Origin: Vicinamibacterales bacterium
GTDB taxonomy: Bacteria; Acidobacteriota; Vicinamibacteria; Vicinamibacterales; CAVVIG01
DNA: 56,100 nucleotides
NCBI GenBank assembly: GCA_025450765.1
Contig: JANWLS010000112.1
Location: 1 to 56,100 of the forward strand
Direction: 5' to 3'
Of the stretch, positions 35,655 through 45,543 are shown one piece after another. Numbering within the stretch: the first letter of the stretch is position 1; every line of letters begins with the position of its first letter. The notes under the pieces were generated by a model. That model was not told the origin of the DNA and searched no databases. It was given only the letters and a program-made list of their open reading frames with translations. Both the position numbers and the translations under genes were made by a program.

Positions 35655-36979
35655 GCCGCCACCTCCGAACGGCGCCCGGCCTGGAGCGGACCGTTCTCAT
35701 AGAGATCCATCACGAACCGGGGAACCGTCCCGAGCGCCTGGATGCGGCGGCGCTCGACGTCCGAGAGTGTCCGGTTGACGAGCACGACCTCACAATCGCA
35801 CCAGACGCGCTCGAGCGGCTGGCTCACCGTGTCGTAGAGCGACTCGACGAAGGTGTTCTGGCGCGCCGCCAGCGCGAACGCCTGCCGATCGATTCCCTCG
35901 AACATCGGGTCGTAGGCGAGCACCTCGGCGTCCACGCCCTGCGCGGCCCGGATGAAGTCGAGCGCCAGCGACTCGCGCATCTCGTTGAACCCGGGACGGA
36001 AGGCGGTGCCGATGATGCCGAGCGGGCGGCCCGAGCCGAGGCCCAGGTTCAGCCAGCGCTGGACGAGATCCTGGCGATGCTTCTCGTTCGAGGTCCTGAG
36101 CGCGCGGCAGACGCCCTGCTCGAACCACTCATGGTGCTTCGACGCGGCGAGCAGGCCCCCAAGGATCTGGGCATCCTTCGGCAGGCACGGGCCCGAATAC
36201 GGCGGCCCCGGCTTCATGTGTGAGCGCGTCAGCAGACGCCCCCACGCGCCTTCTCCGAACGCAATGTCGATGATGTCGGCCGGCGCCACGCCGTGCTCGG
36301 TGCAGAGCGCGCCGACCTCGTTGGCAAACGAGATTTTCAGGCCCATCCACGCGTTGTGAATCATCTTGATCCACTCCGCTTCGGCGTACCCGACGTAGCG
36401 GGCGGGGACTTCGACGACATCGCGGAAGAACCGCTCCAGAACAGCCGGCGGGTTCGCCGGATTCCGGGTGCCAGCCACGAGCTTGCCGGGACGCAGGTAG
36501 TCGTCGATGCCGTACCCGGCCCGCAGGAACACCGGCTCGTAGACGACCTCGAGCCCGGGCCGCGCCGTGAAGATCGGAAGGATCTCCGCCGCGAGCGCGC
36601 CTGGAAACACGGTGCTGCCAATGACGATGACCTGTCCATCCGGTGAGGTGGATGCCAGTTCACGCAACACCGCCTCGAGCGCGGTGTAATCGCACTGCTC
36701 GCCCGCGGCCGGCGTCTGCACGCCGACGAACACGAGCGCACAGTCACGCGTCGCCTTCGCGGTGTCGCCTGTCTGCAGACGGCCCTCCGCGAGGGCGGTC
36801 GCGAGAATGGCTTCGATCCCATGCTCGGGAACGACGGTGCGTCCCGCCGCGAGCTCGGCGAGCTTGCGACGGTCCAGATCGACGGCCACACAGGATCGTC
36901 CCTTGTGAAGGCAGGCGCCGAGCACGCTCACGCCCATGTTCCCGAGCCCGATGACCCCAACCGACGACGTCATGCCCAT
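35651..36979 (-). CDS. nucleotide-sugar dehydrogenase (UDP-glucose/GDP-mannose dehydrogenase family)
   Basis: VGVIGLGNMGVSV Rossmann N-terminus. Length and central/C-terminal layout fit the UDPG/GMD dehydrogenase family. ATG at 36979 preceded by AGGAG (alternative ATG at 36973). Confidence 0.75.
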   Translation of the reverse strand: MGMTSSVGVIGLGNMGVSVLGACLHKGRSCVAVDLDRRKLAELAAGRTVVPEHGIEAILATALAEGRLQTGDTAKATRDCALVFVGVQTPAAGEQCDYTALEAVLRELASTSPDGQVIVIGSTVFPGALAAEILPIFTARPGLEVVYEPVFLRAGYGIDDYLRPGKLVAGTRNPANPPAVLERFFRDVVEVPARYVGYAEAEWIKMIHNAWMGLKISFANEVGALCTEHGVAPADIIDIAFGEGAWGRLLTRSHMKPGPPYSGPCLPKDAQILGGLLAASKHHEWFEQGVCRALRTSNEKHRQDLVQRWLNLGLGSGRPLGIIGTAFRPGFNEMRESLALDFIRAAQGVDAEVLAYDPMFEGIDRQAFALAARQNTFVESLYDTVSQPLERVWCDCEVVLVNRTLSDVERRRIQALGTVPRFVMDLYENGPLQAGRRSEVAA

Positions 36980-36995
36980 GTGCTCCTGCGTGCCG

Positions 36996-37889
36996 TCACG
37001 CCGCCGGTGCCGCGGCCGACTGCGCCGCCAGCGCCGGGAACGTGAACTCGCCACTGCGTTCGTTGAGCGAGAAGTAGAAGAAGTGACCGTTCAGGCTGAA
37101 CCATTCCGGACCGAGCAGCCGCCGCATTTCGTCCACCTTCACCGGATCGGCGCCGAGCTCCGTGTGGAAGCTGTGGTCGGCCGATTGGAGGGTGATCCGG
37201 TTGCGCGACGTGAAGTCGATCGCCGCGATGGCCTGCTCGACCGCCGTGTCGATGTGTCCGAGGCGGAGGCGCGGCCCGCTCCAGTCGTTCGCCGTCCAGA
37301 GCCCTCGCGATTGATACCGCGCCGATTCAGGCGGCCCGTACCGGGCGTCGGAGAGGTCGTGCATGATGACGAGGTGCGGCTTGTGCGCGATCGCCGGCAC
37401 GATCCGGGCGAGCACCTGCTCAGCCACCGCGAAGCCGTGCGCATCCCAGAACACCAGGACGCGCCGGGCCCGCGCGATCGGCGTCTCGAAATCGAAGGTC
37501 TCGATCCGGGCCTCATGCGTCTGCAGCGGCGCGAACCATTCCGGTGGGACGATCGCCGCGACGCGCGGCCTGGTCAGGCGATCCCAGTCGTTCCCCATGC
37601 AGACGCTTACGATCGAGCGCCCGTTCGCCCCTGACTGGTTCACCGCTTCGGTGAACACGCAGGTCGAATTCCCCAGGCCGCGGCCGAGCTCGATCACCAG
37701 GTCCGGGCGAAATTCGAGGGTCATCGCCAGGATCTGCGCCCATTGCGATGCGCTGAGGTCAGTGAGCCGTCCCACGGCGCGCTGCAGTGCCGTCAGGCGT
37801 TCGCGAGCGGCAGCAATCCGATGGCGTTGATTCCAGAAGGCATCGGACGCCGTCATCGGGTTCTCGGGCGAGGTGATCGTCAGTTCCAT
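36996..37889 (-). CDS. putative CmcI/TylF-like class I methyltransferase
   Basis: The ATG at 37889 (MELTITSP) lies 10 nt after the nadE stop. FRPDLVIELGRGLGNSTCVFTEA resembles the SAM-binding strand-loop of cephalosporin-hydroxylase (CmcI)-type methyltransferases. This assignment is tentative. Confidence 0.5.
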   Translation of the reverse strand: MELTITSPENPMTASDAFWNQRHRIAAARERLTALQRAVGRLTDLSASQWAQILAMTLEFRPDLVIELGRGLGNSTCVFTEAVNQSGANGRSIVSVCMGNDWDRLTRPRVAAIVPPEWFAPLQTHEARIETFDFETPIARARRVLVFWDAHGFAVAEQVLARIVPAIAHKPHLVIMHDLSDARYGPPESARYQSRGLWTANDWSGPRLRLGHIDTAVEQAIAAIDFTSRNRITLQSADHSFHTELGADPVKVDEMRRLLGPEWFSLNGHFFYFSLNERSGEFTFPALAAQSAAAPAA

Positions 37890-37899
37890 TGAATCAATC

Positions 37900-39585
37900 T
37901 CAGGACGCGCGCGCCTCGGCCGCGGCGATCTCGTCGATGGTGAGGTGCGATTCCCAGTGGCCGCGCACGATCGGCATCCTCCAGCCGGGACCAAAGGCCC
38001 GGTGCGTCACGCGCAGGCCCGGCGCCGCCTGCGTGCGCTTGAACTCGGCCCGGCGCACCAGGCGGAGCACGTCGCGCACGACGGCCGGATCGAATCCAGC
38101 CGCCGCAATCTCTTCCAACGTTTCGTGTCCTTCCAGGTGCCGCTCGAGAATGGCATCGAGCATCGCATACGGCGGCAGCGAGTCCTGATCCGTCTGACCG
38201 GGCCGCAGCTCCGCCGACGGCACCTTCTCGAGAATCGCCGCCGGAATCCTGGTCCCGCCGCGATTCACCCACGCAGCCACCCGGTACACCATCGTCTTGG
38301 TGAGATCGGCCAGCACCGCCAGCCCGCCGCACATGTCGCCGTAGAGTGTGGCGTAGCCAACCGCCAACTCCGACTTGTTGCCGGTCGTGAGCAGCAGCGA
38401 TCCCCGTTTGTTGGCGAGCGCCATCAGCAGGAGGCCGCGGATACGGGCCTGCAGGTTCTCTTCGGTCACATCGGGCGCGAGTCCCCGGAAGACTTCGGCC
38501 AACGTTTCGTCGCAAGCCTCCATCACCGGCGCGATGGGGAGTGATTCGGTCGCGATGCCCAGGCGTTGCGCCAGTTCGAGCGAGTCTCCGACGCTGCCCG
38601 GGCTCGACCACGGCGACGGCAGCAGGACACCCGTCACATTCGCCGCCCCGACGGCGTCGGCGGCCACGACCGCCGTCAACGCCGAGTCGATGCCCCCCGA
38701 GAGGCCCAGCAGCACGCGGCGGAAGCCGCTCTTCTGCGCGTAATCGCGAGTGCCGAGGACCAGGGCCTGGAAGATCTCTTCCTCATTGACTGACGCCGAC
38801 GCCTCCACTGGCGGATGGAACCGGTCGGTGTCCACGATGACCACGTCTTCGGTGAAGGCGCGTGCGCGCACCGCCACGCGCGCCGTGCGATCGATCAGGA
38901 GGCTGCGGCCGTCGAACACGAGGTCGTCCTGACCGCCCACCTGGTTGACATACGCGACCGGGACCCGATGCCTCCGCGCAATCGCGGCGAACATCGCTTC
39001 GCGCACCTGCTGCTTGCCGCCGGCGAAGGGAGAAGCCGAGAGGTTCACGAGGATGTCCATCCCACACTGCGCGGCCTCCTCCACGGGATCGCGCCCGTAG
39101 CGTCGTGTCCGCCAGAACTCGCGATCGTTCCAGGCATCCTCGCAGATGCTGACGCCGATCCGGCGCCCGCACAGGTCGAACAGCCCGATGCCGTCGCCGG
39201 CATCGAAGTACCGCGGCTCGTCGAAGACGTCGTAGTCCGGCAGGAGCGTCTTCGGAAAGACGTTTCGGACTGCTCCGTCGGCGAGAAGCGCCGCCGCATT
39301 CCACAGTCCTCGGCCGTTGCGCCGGGCGTGGCGAATGGGGGCTCCCACCAGGACGGGCGGCGCGCCGCGCAGCCGCGCGGCGAGCGCCGTCAGGACCGAT
39401 TCCGTCTGATGCAGGAAGGCGGGCTGCAAAAGCAGGTCCCGCGGCGGATAGCCCGTCAGCGACAGCTCCGGCGTGACGCAGAGATCAGCCGTGCCGGGCA
39501 GCGCCCGGATGGCGTGCTCGATGCGCGCGGCGTTCCCTTCGAGGTCGCCGAGGACGGCGTTCAGTTGGACGAGCGCGATCCGCAT
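37900..39585 (-). CDS. nadE: glutamine-dependent NAD+ synthetase
   Basis: An N-terminal CN-hydrolase domain (MRIALVQLN...VSICEDAW) and a C-terminal NAD synthase domain with the SGGIDSALTAVVA P-loop; 561 aa. Confidence 0.9.
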   Translation of the reverse strand: MRIALVQLNAVLGDLEGNAARIEHAIRALPGTADLCVTPELSLTGYPPRDLLLQPAFLHQTESVLTALAARLRGAPPVLVGAPIRHARRNGRGLWNAAALLADGAVRNVFPKTLLPDYDVFDEPRYFDAGDGIGLFDLCGRRIGVSICEDAWNDREFWRTRRYGRDPVEEAAQCGMDILVNLSASPFAGGKQQVREAMFAAIARRHRVPVAYVNQVGGQDDLVFDGRSLLIDRTARVAVRARAFTEDVVIVDTDRFHPPVEASASVNEEEIFQALVLGTRDYAQKSGFRRVLLGLSGGIDSALTAVVAADAVGAANVTGVLLPSPWSSPGSVGDSLELAQRLGIATESLPIAPVMEACDETLAEVFRGLAPDVTEENLQARIRGLLLMALANKRGSLLLTTGNKSELAVGYATLYGDMCGGLAVLADLTKTMVYRVAAWVNRGGTRIPAAILEKVPSAELRPGQTDQDSLPPYAMLDAILERHLEGHETLEEIAAAGFDPAVVRDVLRLVRRAEFKRTQAAPGLRVTHRAFGPGWRMPIVRGHWESHLTIDEIAAAEARAS

Positions 39586-39642
39586 GAAGTGATGCCAGGA
39601 CAGCCCTGCCCTTCAGGGGCAGGTCGCCGTGCGTGGGCGGGC

Positions 39643-39658
39643 TGCAAGGATGTCGCCA
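39643..39658 (-). promoter_or_regulatory. weak sigma-54-like -24/-12 motif upstream of nadE
   Basis: The minus strand reads TGGCGA-CATCC-TTGCA, with canonical spacing and two mismatches in the -24 box. It lies about 58 nt upstream of the nadE ATG. Confidence 0.2.
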
Positions 39659-39809
39659 CTAGGTGGCCGCGCCGTATGCGGCATCGGGCCGGTGTGACCG
39701 TGCAATTCCGCGCAAATCGGGCCGCGCCCGGGATGCCGCGCTGTCAGGCTCGCGACGCCGCGTCGGCCCACCGACCTCGGACGAACAGGTTCGGGTATCA
39801 TGCGCGTAT

Positions 39810-41789
39810 ATGCCGATGACCACTACGCCCGTGCCGACCCCGACTCGTGGCCCGTACGTCCCCGCATCGGTGCATCTGCCGGAGATCACCGTCAAGGCGG
39901 TCATCCTGGGCATCATCCTGGCCATCGTCCTCGCCGGCGCGAACGCCTACCTGGGGCTGTTCGCCGGCATGACGGTCTCGGCCTCGATTCCAGCCGCCGT
40001 CATCTCGATGGGCGTGCTGCGCCTCTTCAAGACCTCGAACATCCTGGAGAACAACATCGTCCAGACGTGCGCGTCGGCTGGCGAGAGCCTGGCGGCCGGC
40101 GTCATCTTCACCTTGCCGGCGCTCATCCTGCTCGGCACCTGGGCGCAGTTCAATTTCTTTCAGACCTTCCTGATCGGCTGCTTCGGCGGCATTCTCGGCG
40201 TGCTCTTCACCGTGCCGCTCCGTCGCGCGCTCATCGTCGAACAGCCGCTCCAGTTTCCCGAAGGGATGGCGTGCGCGGAAGTCCTGGAGACCGGCGAAAA
40301 GGGCGGGGCCGGGGTGAAGTTCATCGCGTGGGCCGCGATCGTCGCCGCCGCGTTCAAGTTCTCGCAGACGGGGCTCCGACTGGTCGCGGAGACCGCCGAA
40401 GGGGCGACGTATCTCTTCGGTCGCCGCACGGTCGCCTACTTCGGCTCCAACCTCTCCCCCGCCCTCCTCGGCGTCGGCTACATCGTCGGGCTCAACATCG
40501 CCGTGCTCGTCTTTCTCGGTGGCGCGCTGAACTGGCTGGTCGCGATCCCCGTCCTGGTGTGGGTACACGGCGCGCCCGCGGGGACGTCGGCGACCGATTT
40601 CGCCGGCCACCTCTGGTCCACCCAGACGCGGTACATCGGCGTCGGGGCGATGGTCGTCGGCGGGTTGTGGGCCCTCGTCAAGATGCGCGGCAGCGTGTTC
40701 TCGGGCATCACCTCCGGCATGGCGGCGTATCGCGATCTGAAGGAAGGCCGCGAGACGGACCGCCTGAATCACGACATGCCGATGCAGTGGGTGCTCATCG
40801 CGGTCGTGCTCTCCGTGATCCCGCTCTACTTCCTCTATCACTTCCTGATTGGCCGCTTCGACATCAGCATCACGATGGCGGTCATCATGGTGGTCGGCGG
40901 GTTTCTCTTCTCAGCGGTGTCCGGGTACATGACCGGCCTCGTCGGGTCCTCGAACAATCCGGTCTCCGGCGTCACGATCGCCACGCTCCTCTTCGCGGCC
41001 CTCATCATTCTTGGCCTCTTCGGCCATGCGGGCGGCCACGGCGCGGCAGCCACGATCCTGATCGCGGGCGTCGTCGCCTGCGCGGCGGCCATCGCCGGCG
41101 ACAACCTGCACGACCTGAAGACGGGCTACCTGGTCGGTGCGACGCCCTGGAAGCAGCAGGTGATGCTCATCATCGGCGTCCTCGTCTCGGCGGTGGTCAT
41201 GGCCCCGGTCTTGAACCTGCTGCTGAACGCCTACGGCATCGGGCCGGCTACGCCCCAGCATCCGCAGTCGCTGACCGCGCCGCAGGCGACGCTGATGCAG
41301 TCGGTGGCCGAAGGCGTCTTCCGCGGCGGGCTCCCATGGACGATGGTCGTCATCGGGATGATCATGGCGGCCGGCATCATCGCCTTCGACGTGGCCCAGG
41401 AGAAGCGCGGGCGCAGCTTCCGCACGCCGGTCCTCGCCGTCGCGATCGGGATCTATCTGCCCTTCGAGCTCTCGGTACCGATCTTTCTCGGCGGCATCAT
41501 CGCGTGGCTCGTGCAGCGCGCGCAGCACCGGATTCCGCACACGAGCGGCGAAGAGGCCGAGCAGACGCGCAAGGAGATCGAGCAGCGCGGCCTGCTCATC
41601 GCGTCGGGCCTGATGACTGGAGCGGCGCTCGTCGGCATCGGCATGGCGATCCCGATCGTGCTTTCGGGCCGCGCCGACGTCCTGGCCGTCTTCGGTGTGC
41701 AGGATCTGGTGTGGCCTGGCGTGGCTATTCTGATCGTGCTGCTGTACGGGATCTATCGCGCGAGCGTGCCCAGGACTACGCGATCTTGA
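39810..41789 (+). CDS. OPT-family oligopeptide transporter
   Basis: ATG at 39810. The N-terminal OPT signature is EITVKAVILGIILAIVLAGANAYLGLFAGMTVSASIPAAVISMGVLR. The protein is polytopic throughout (659 aa). Confidence 0.85.
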   Translation: MPMTTTPVPTPTRGPYVPASVHLPEITVKAVILGIILAIVLAGANAYLGLFAGMTVSASIPAAVISMGVLRLFKTSNILENNIVQTCASAGESLAAGVIFTLPALILLGTWAQFNFFQTFLIGCFGGILGVLFTVPLRRALIVEQPLQFPEGMACAEVLETGEKGGAGVKFIAWAAIVAAAFKFSQTGLRLVAETAEGATYLFGRRTVAYFGSNLSPALLGVGYIVGLNIAVLVFLGGALNWLVAIPVLVWVHGAPAGTSATDFAGHLWSTQTRYIGVGAMVVGGLWALVKMRGSVFSGITSGMAAYRDLKEGRETDRLNHDMPMQWVLIAVVLSVIPLYFLYHFLIGRFDISITMAVIMVVGGFLFSAVSGYMTGLVGSSNNPVSGVTIATLLFAALIILGLFGHAGGHGAAATILIAGVVACAAAIAGDNLHDLKTGYLVGATPWKQQVMLIIGVLVSAVVMAPVLNLLLNAYGIGPATPQHPQSLTAPQATLMQSVAEGVFRGGLPWTMVVIGMIMAAGIIAFDVAQEKRGRSFRTPVLAVAIGIYLPFELSVPIFLGGIIAWLVQRAQHRIPHTSGEEAEQTRKEIEQRGLLIASGLMTGAALVGIGMAIPIVLSGRADVLAVFGVQDLVWPGVAILIVLLYGIYRASVPRTTRS

Positions 41790-42927
41790 GATCGTCCTCG
41801 TACCGGGCCGCGCGGTGCACGGCTGTCATGGCAGCCGTCCGCCGTGCGTCCACGCTCGGTTCGAAGTCGGGCACCGCGGCGCAGAGATCATTGAGAGCCG
41901 CGAGGGGGTCGTGCCGCCGCACGTCATCCCGCAGCGCGCGCAGCGCTCGTCGCACGCGCGGCGCGTGCATCGCGCGCTGCTTCGCCACCCAGATCCGTCC
42001 ATGCGTCGTCCGGCGCAGATCGAGCCCCTGTGACGTCAGGTCCTCGCGCTGCTTCTCGCCGGCGCGCAGGCCGACGATTTCGATCGGCACTTCGGGCAGC
42101 CCGGCTTCCGCCGCGACTGCGAGCAACCGCACCGCCAACTCGCCGATCCGCACCGGCGCGCCCATGTCCAACCAGTAGATCTCACCGGCACGCCCGAGCA
42201 GGTCCGCTTTCACGATGAGACCCACCGCCTCCGTCGCCGTCATGAAGTAGCGCGTCGCATCGGGATCCGTCACCTGGATCGGGAGCCCCGCCTGGATCCG
42301 CTCCAGCATGATCTCGACGACGCTGCCGCTGCTGCCGAGGATGTTGCCGAACCGGACGGCGAGTGGACGGAAGGTCGAGCCGGCCTCGGCGAGCGCCACG
42401 AGCTCGGCGAGCCGCTTGGTCGCCCCCATGACGCTGCGCGGCTGCGCCGCCTTGTCGGACGACACGAGCACGAAGCGCGCGCCCACTTCCTGGGCCGCGC
42501 GCACCGCGTGCAGCGTTCCGAACACGTTGGTCTCGATGGCCGGGCAGATCGCGCGCTCGGTCATGGTGACGTGCTTGTAGGCCGCCGCGTGATAGACGGC
42601 GTGTGGCCGCATCTGCTGACACGCGCTGCGCAGGTGCCGCAGCCGGGTGACGTCGCCGAGCAGCGCATCGACCGGCACATCGGGACAGCTCGCCGCGAGC
42701 TCGCGCTCGATGTGAAACAGGTTGTACTCCGACTGCTCGAACAGCGTGAGCCGCGCGGGCCGGCACCGCGCAATCTGCCGCGCCAGCTCTGATCCGAGCG
42801 AGCCGCCGGCGCCGGTGATCAGGATCCGCTGCCCGGCGAGCTCCTGCCGATCGGCATCACCCAGGATGTCGCGCTCATCACGCCCGAGCAGCGTCTCGTG
42901 CACCGCCAGGCGAACCCGTTCAGTCAT
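41776..42927 (-). CDS. UDP-GlcNAc 4,6-dehydratase of the Polysacc_synt_2 family (CapD/PglF/WbpM/PseB-like, soluble short form)
   Basis: ILITGAGGSLGSELARQI, YHAAAYKHV, SSDKAAQPRSVMGATKR and FGNILGSSGSVV. The motif style is closer to CapD/PglF than to FlaA1/PseB. The start overlaps the motB stop by 8 nt. Confidence 0.8.
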   Translation of the reverse strand: MTERVRLAVHETLLGRDERDILGDADRQELAGQRILITGAGGSLGSELARQIARCRPARLTLFEQSEYNLFHIERELAASCPDVPVDALLGDVTRLRHLRSACQQMRPHAVYHAAAYKHVTMTERAICPAIETNVFGTLHAVRAAQEVGARFVLVSSDKAAQPRSVMGATKRLAELVALAEAGSTFRPLAVRFGNILGSSGSVVEIMLERIQAGLPIQVTDPDATRYFMTATEAVGLIVKADLLGRAGEIYWLDMGAPVRIGELAVRLLAVAAEAGLPEVPIEIVGLRAGEKQREDLTSQGLDLRRTTHGRIWVAKQRAMHAPRVRRALRALRDDVRRHDPLAALNDLCAAVPDFEPSVDARRTAAMTAVHRAARYEDDLKIA

Positions 42928-43777
42928 GCCCCGCCTTCTCCGGCTCCTCGGCCTTGCTGGTGGTCGGGTTGAGAATCACGATGTCGACCCGTCGGTTCAG
43001 CGCGCGATTGGCGTCGCTGGTGTTCGGCACGCGCGGACGGTACTCCGCGTACCCAGCCGCCGAGATCCGCGACGGCGCCACGCTGGCCTGCCCGATCAGG
43101 AACTCGACGACGTTGGTCGCCCGTGCCGTCGACAACTGCCAGTTCGACGAGAACTTGGCGGTGTGGATCGGCACATCGTCCGTATGACCTTCCACGCGGA
43201 CCTGGTTGCCGACCTCGTTCAGCGTCTGCCCGATCTGGAGCAGCACCGAGGTCGCTTCCGAGGACAGATCGGCGCTGCCGGTCGCAAACGATCCCGCCTC
43301 GCGGATGGAGATGACGAGGCCGCGTGGGTCGCGTTCGATGTCGAGCAGCTTGTTCTGGATGGCCGAGTGCAGCTCGCGCGTGAGCGCCGCGCGCACCTCG
43401 CTCAGGCTCATCTCGTGGCCCTTCGGCCCGACCTGCCCCGCCGGCTTCGGGTTGCGCCCGAGCACGTCATCGCCCGCGACCGGCAGTTGCTGGTTGACGC
43501 CGAGCTTCTGCTGCATGGCGCTGGCGGCCTTGGCGTCGAAGGCGATGTGCAGCGAGCTCACCATCGCCGACAGCTTCTGTGCGTCGACGTGCGACATCGC
43601 GTACATCGTGGTGAAGAACGCGAACAGCAGCGTCACGAAATCGGCGTACGACACGAGCCACCGCTCGTGATTGGAGTGTTCGGTCCGGACGCGCCGCAGG
43701 CGGCGCCGGCGGCGCTCGACGACCTGCGTGGCCTGGGCGGTCGTCGTATCACGCTTCCGAGGGTCTGGTCGGGGCAT
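42920..43777 (-). CDS. motB: flagellar stator protein MotB (set 2)
   Basis: HERWLVSYADFVTLLFAFFTTMYAMS (TM segment with the conserved Asp) and an OmpA-like C-terminus VEGHTDDVPI...NWQLSTARATNVVEFL. Confidence 0.8.
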   Translation of the reverse strand: MPRPDPRKRDTTTAQATQVVERRRRRLRRVRTEHSNHERWLVSYADFVTLLFAFFTTMYAMSHVDAQKLSAMVSSLHIAFDAKAASAMQQKLGVNQQLPVAGDDVLGRNPKPAGQVGPKGHEMSLSEVRAALTRELHSAIQNKLLDIERDPRGLVISIREAGSFATGSADLSSEATSVLLQIGQTLNEVGNQVRVEGHTDDVPIHTAKFSSNWQLSTARATNVVEFLIGQASVAPSRISAAGYAEYRPRVPNTSDANRALNRRVDIVILNPTTSKAEEPEKAGHD

Positions 43778-43783
43778 GGGTCC

Positions 43784-44578
43784 TCAGGCCGCCTTCGCCG
43801 GTCTCGCGGGCGGCGCATCGGCGCGCGCCGCAAACCCGACGAGCTTCTCCTGGATGGTTCGCGGATTGAGACCTTCCTGGATCGCCATGATCCCCTCGAT
43901 GACCAGTTCACGCCGCCGCGCCTCGTGGCGCGCCTTCATCTTCAGCTTGGTCGCGATCGGCAGGAAGATCAGGTTCGCGGAGCCGACGCCGTAGAGCGTC
44001 GCGACGAACGCGACGGCGATGCCCGCCCCGAGCTTGCTTGGGTCGGCGAGGTTCTGCATCACGTGGATCAACCCGAGCACCGCGCCGATGATGCCGATGG
44101 TCGGGGCGTAGCCGCCACCGCTCTCGTAGATTTTCGCGGGAATCTCGTCGTATTCCTCGCGGCACTGGTTCTCGATCTCCAGCATCTCGCGGACGGCGTG
44201 CGGCTCCGTGCCATCGACGGCGAGGCGAAGCCCCTTCTGCATGAAGGGATCGGCGACCGTCGGCAACTCGTCCTCGAGCGACATGATCCCCTCCTTGCGC
44301 GCCTTGCGGGCGTATTCGAGGATCGTGTCGATCGTCAGCTCGGGCGGCTCGCCGTCCCACAGGAACACGGTACGCAGGCCGCCAAGCGCACGCTTGACGT
44401 CGGCCAGCGAGAAGCTGAGGAGCACTGCCCCGATGGTGCCGCCAAAGACGATCAGGGCGGCCGTCAGCTGCAGCAGCGAACCGAGACGTCCGCCCTCGAG
44501 CGCCTGGCCGATCAGGATCAAGCCGAGGCTGACCGGCACGCCGGCGACCGAGGTGAAATCGATGCGTGTCTTCCTCAC
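43784..44578 (-). CDS. motA: flagellar stator protein MotA/PomA-type (set 2, 264 aa)
   Basis: GGYAPTIGIIGAVLGLIHVM and AFVATLYGVGSANLIFLPIA, the conserved Pro-containing TM3/TM4 segments. GTG start. Confidence 0.85.
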   Translation of the reverse strand: MRKTRIDFTSVAGVPVSLGLILIGQALEGGRLGSLLQLTAALIVFGGTIGAVLLSFSLADVKRALGGLRTVFLWDGEPPELTIDTILEYARKARKEGIMSLEDELPTVADPFMQKGLRLAVDGTEPHAVREMLEIENQCREEYDEIPAKIYESGGGYAPTIGIIGAVLGLIHVMQNLADPSKLGAGIAVAFVATLYGVGSANLIFLPIATKLKMKARHEARRRELVIEGIMAIQEGLNPRTIQEKLVGFAARADAPPARPAKAA

Positions 44579-44587
44579 CGTAAGGCC

Positions 44588-44812
44588 TTATTCGGGTGCT
44601 CGCACCCGCGACACCTCGCGCGGGTAGTCCGGACGCGCCACCATCCGTTTGAACTCGATCACCCGTTCGACGATCTGCTCGGGCGTTTCGCGGACGCACA
44701 GCTTCGCGCCGTCCGCCAGGGAAATCAGGGTATCGGGCGTCTGCTCGATGTATTCGATGAGATCGACGTTGAGCAGCATCGGCGTCCCGTCCAGGCGCGT
44801 GATGGCGATCAT
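44588..44812 (-). CDS. flbD: flagellar protein FlbD
   Basis: The 74-aa ORF MIAITRLDGTPMLLNVDLIEYIEQTPDTLISLADGAKLCVRETPEQIVERVIEFKR matches the FlbD pattern. ATGA overlap with the upstream gene. Confidence 0.8.
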   Translation of the reverse strand: MIAITRLDGTPMLLNVDLIEYIEQTPDTLISLADGAKLCVRETPEQIVERVIEFKRMVARPDYPREVSRVRAPE

Positions 44813-45543
44813 GCGACCCTCGCCTGCGCGGTCAGCGCATCGGCCGCCCGGATGATCTCGGCAAGCGGCGCAGGACCGTGCGACTCCGGACCTCGGCCAT
44901 CGGCCGTCGGGAGCGGACGTCGGACACTCGCCAACACGCGCTCCATGTAGGCCAGGTCCGCCACCGTGTCGATGGTGACCCGCACGTCGGGCCGGCGAAG
45001 CGCAGCGGGCGCCCTGGGCAGCAGCACGCGATAGCGCGAGCGATTGAACTTCACATACGTCGTGACGTGCTCGCGATCGTCCGCCTCGGTCGCATGGGCG
45101 CTCGCATCGAGCAGCACATCCGATCGCACGGCTTCGACCGCAGCCCCGTGCGGCAGCTCCCGCTCGCAGCAGTAGTCGGCGCTGCCCGTTCGCAAGGCGG
45201 ACAACACGCGAGACGCCGCGTTCAGATCAACGGCCGGATTGTCGCCGGTGGCCCGTACGATGTAGGTGGCGCCGGTCTCACGAATCACCTGCACGAACCG
45301 ACGGAGGACATCAACGCGCGCGCCTCGCACGACCTGCGCACCCAGCCGCTCACCCTCCTGTGCCAGCACATCGTCTTCTTCGTCGATCGTCGTGGCGAGC
45401 ACCACGGGCGCGACACCGGCGTGCATCAGCCGCCGCAGGCAGTGTCCGACGACCGTCTCGCCAGCCAGCCGGCGGAGCGCCTTGCCAGGCAGCCGTTCGG
45501 AGCCCATGCGGGCCTGCAGCACAATTGCCGTGTCAGAGGTCAT
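44809..45543 (-). CDS. acylneuraminate/pseudaminate cytidylyltransferase-like (SpsF/PseF family)
   Basis: ATG at 45543 preceded by AAGGAGG. The N-terminus is AIVLQARMGSERLPGKALRRLAG, typical of CMP-sugar cytidylyltransferases of the SpsF/PseF type. Confidence 0.75.
   Translation of the reverse strand: MTSDTAIVLQARMGSERLPGKALRRLAGETVVGHCLRRLMHAGVAPVVLATTIDEEDDVLAQEGERLGAQVVRGARVDVLRRFVQVIRETGATYIVRATGDNPAVDLNAASRVLSALRTGSADYCCERELPHGAAVEAVRSDVLLDASAHATEADDREHVTTYVKFNRSRYRVLLPRAPAALRRPDVRVTIDTVADLAYMERVLASVRRPLPTADGRGPESHGPAPLAEIIRAADALTAQARVA

Noticed and set aside
39604-39623. Hairpin cctgccc-ttcag-gggcagg in the nadE leader
   Set aside because: It is a 7-bp stem without a U-tract. It may be a leader structure, but nothing ties it to a known riboswitch or attenuator.
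39800-42178. 792-aa plus-strand ORF, with the 347-aa minus ORF 39798-40841
   Set aside because: These are alternative or antisense frames of the OPT transporter, whose frame (39810-41789) shows the family signature and regular TM segments. Both are Arg/Gly/Pro-rich nonsense.
42722-44950. 742-aa plus-strand ORF
   Set aside because: It is antisense to motB, motA and flbD, which all carry diagnostic motifs.
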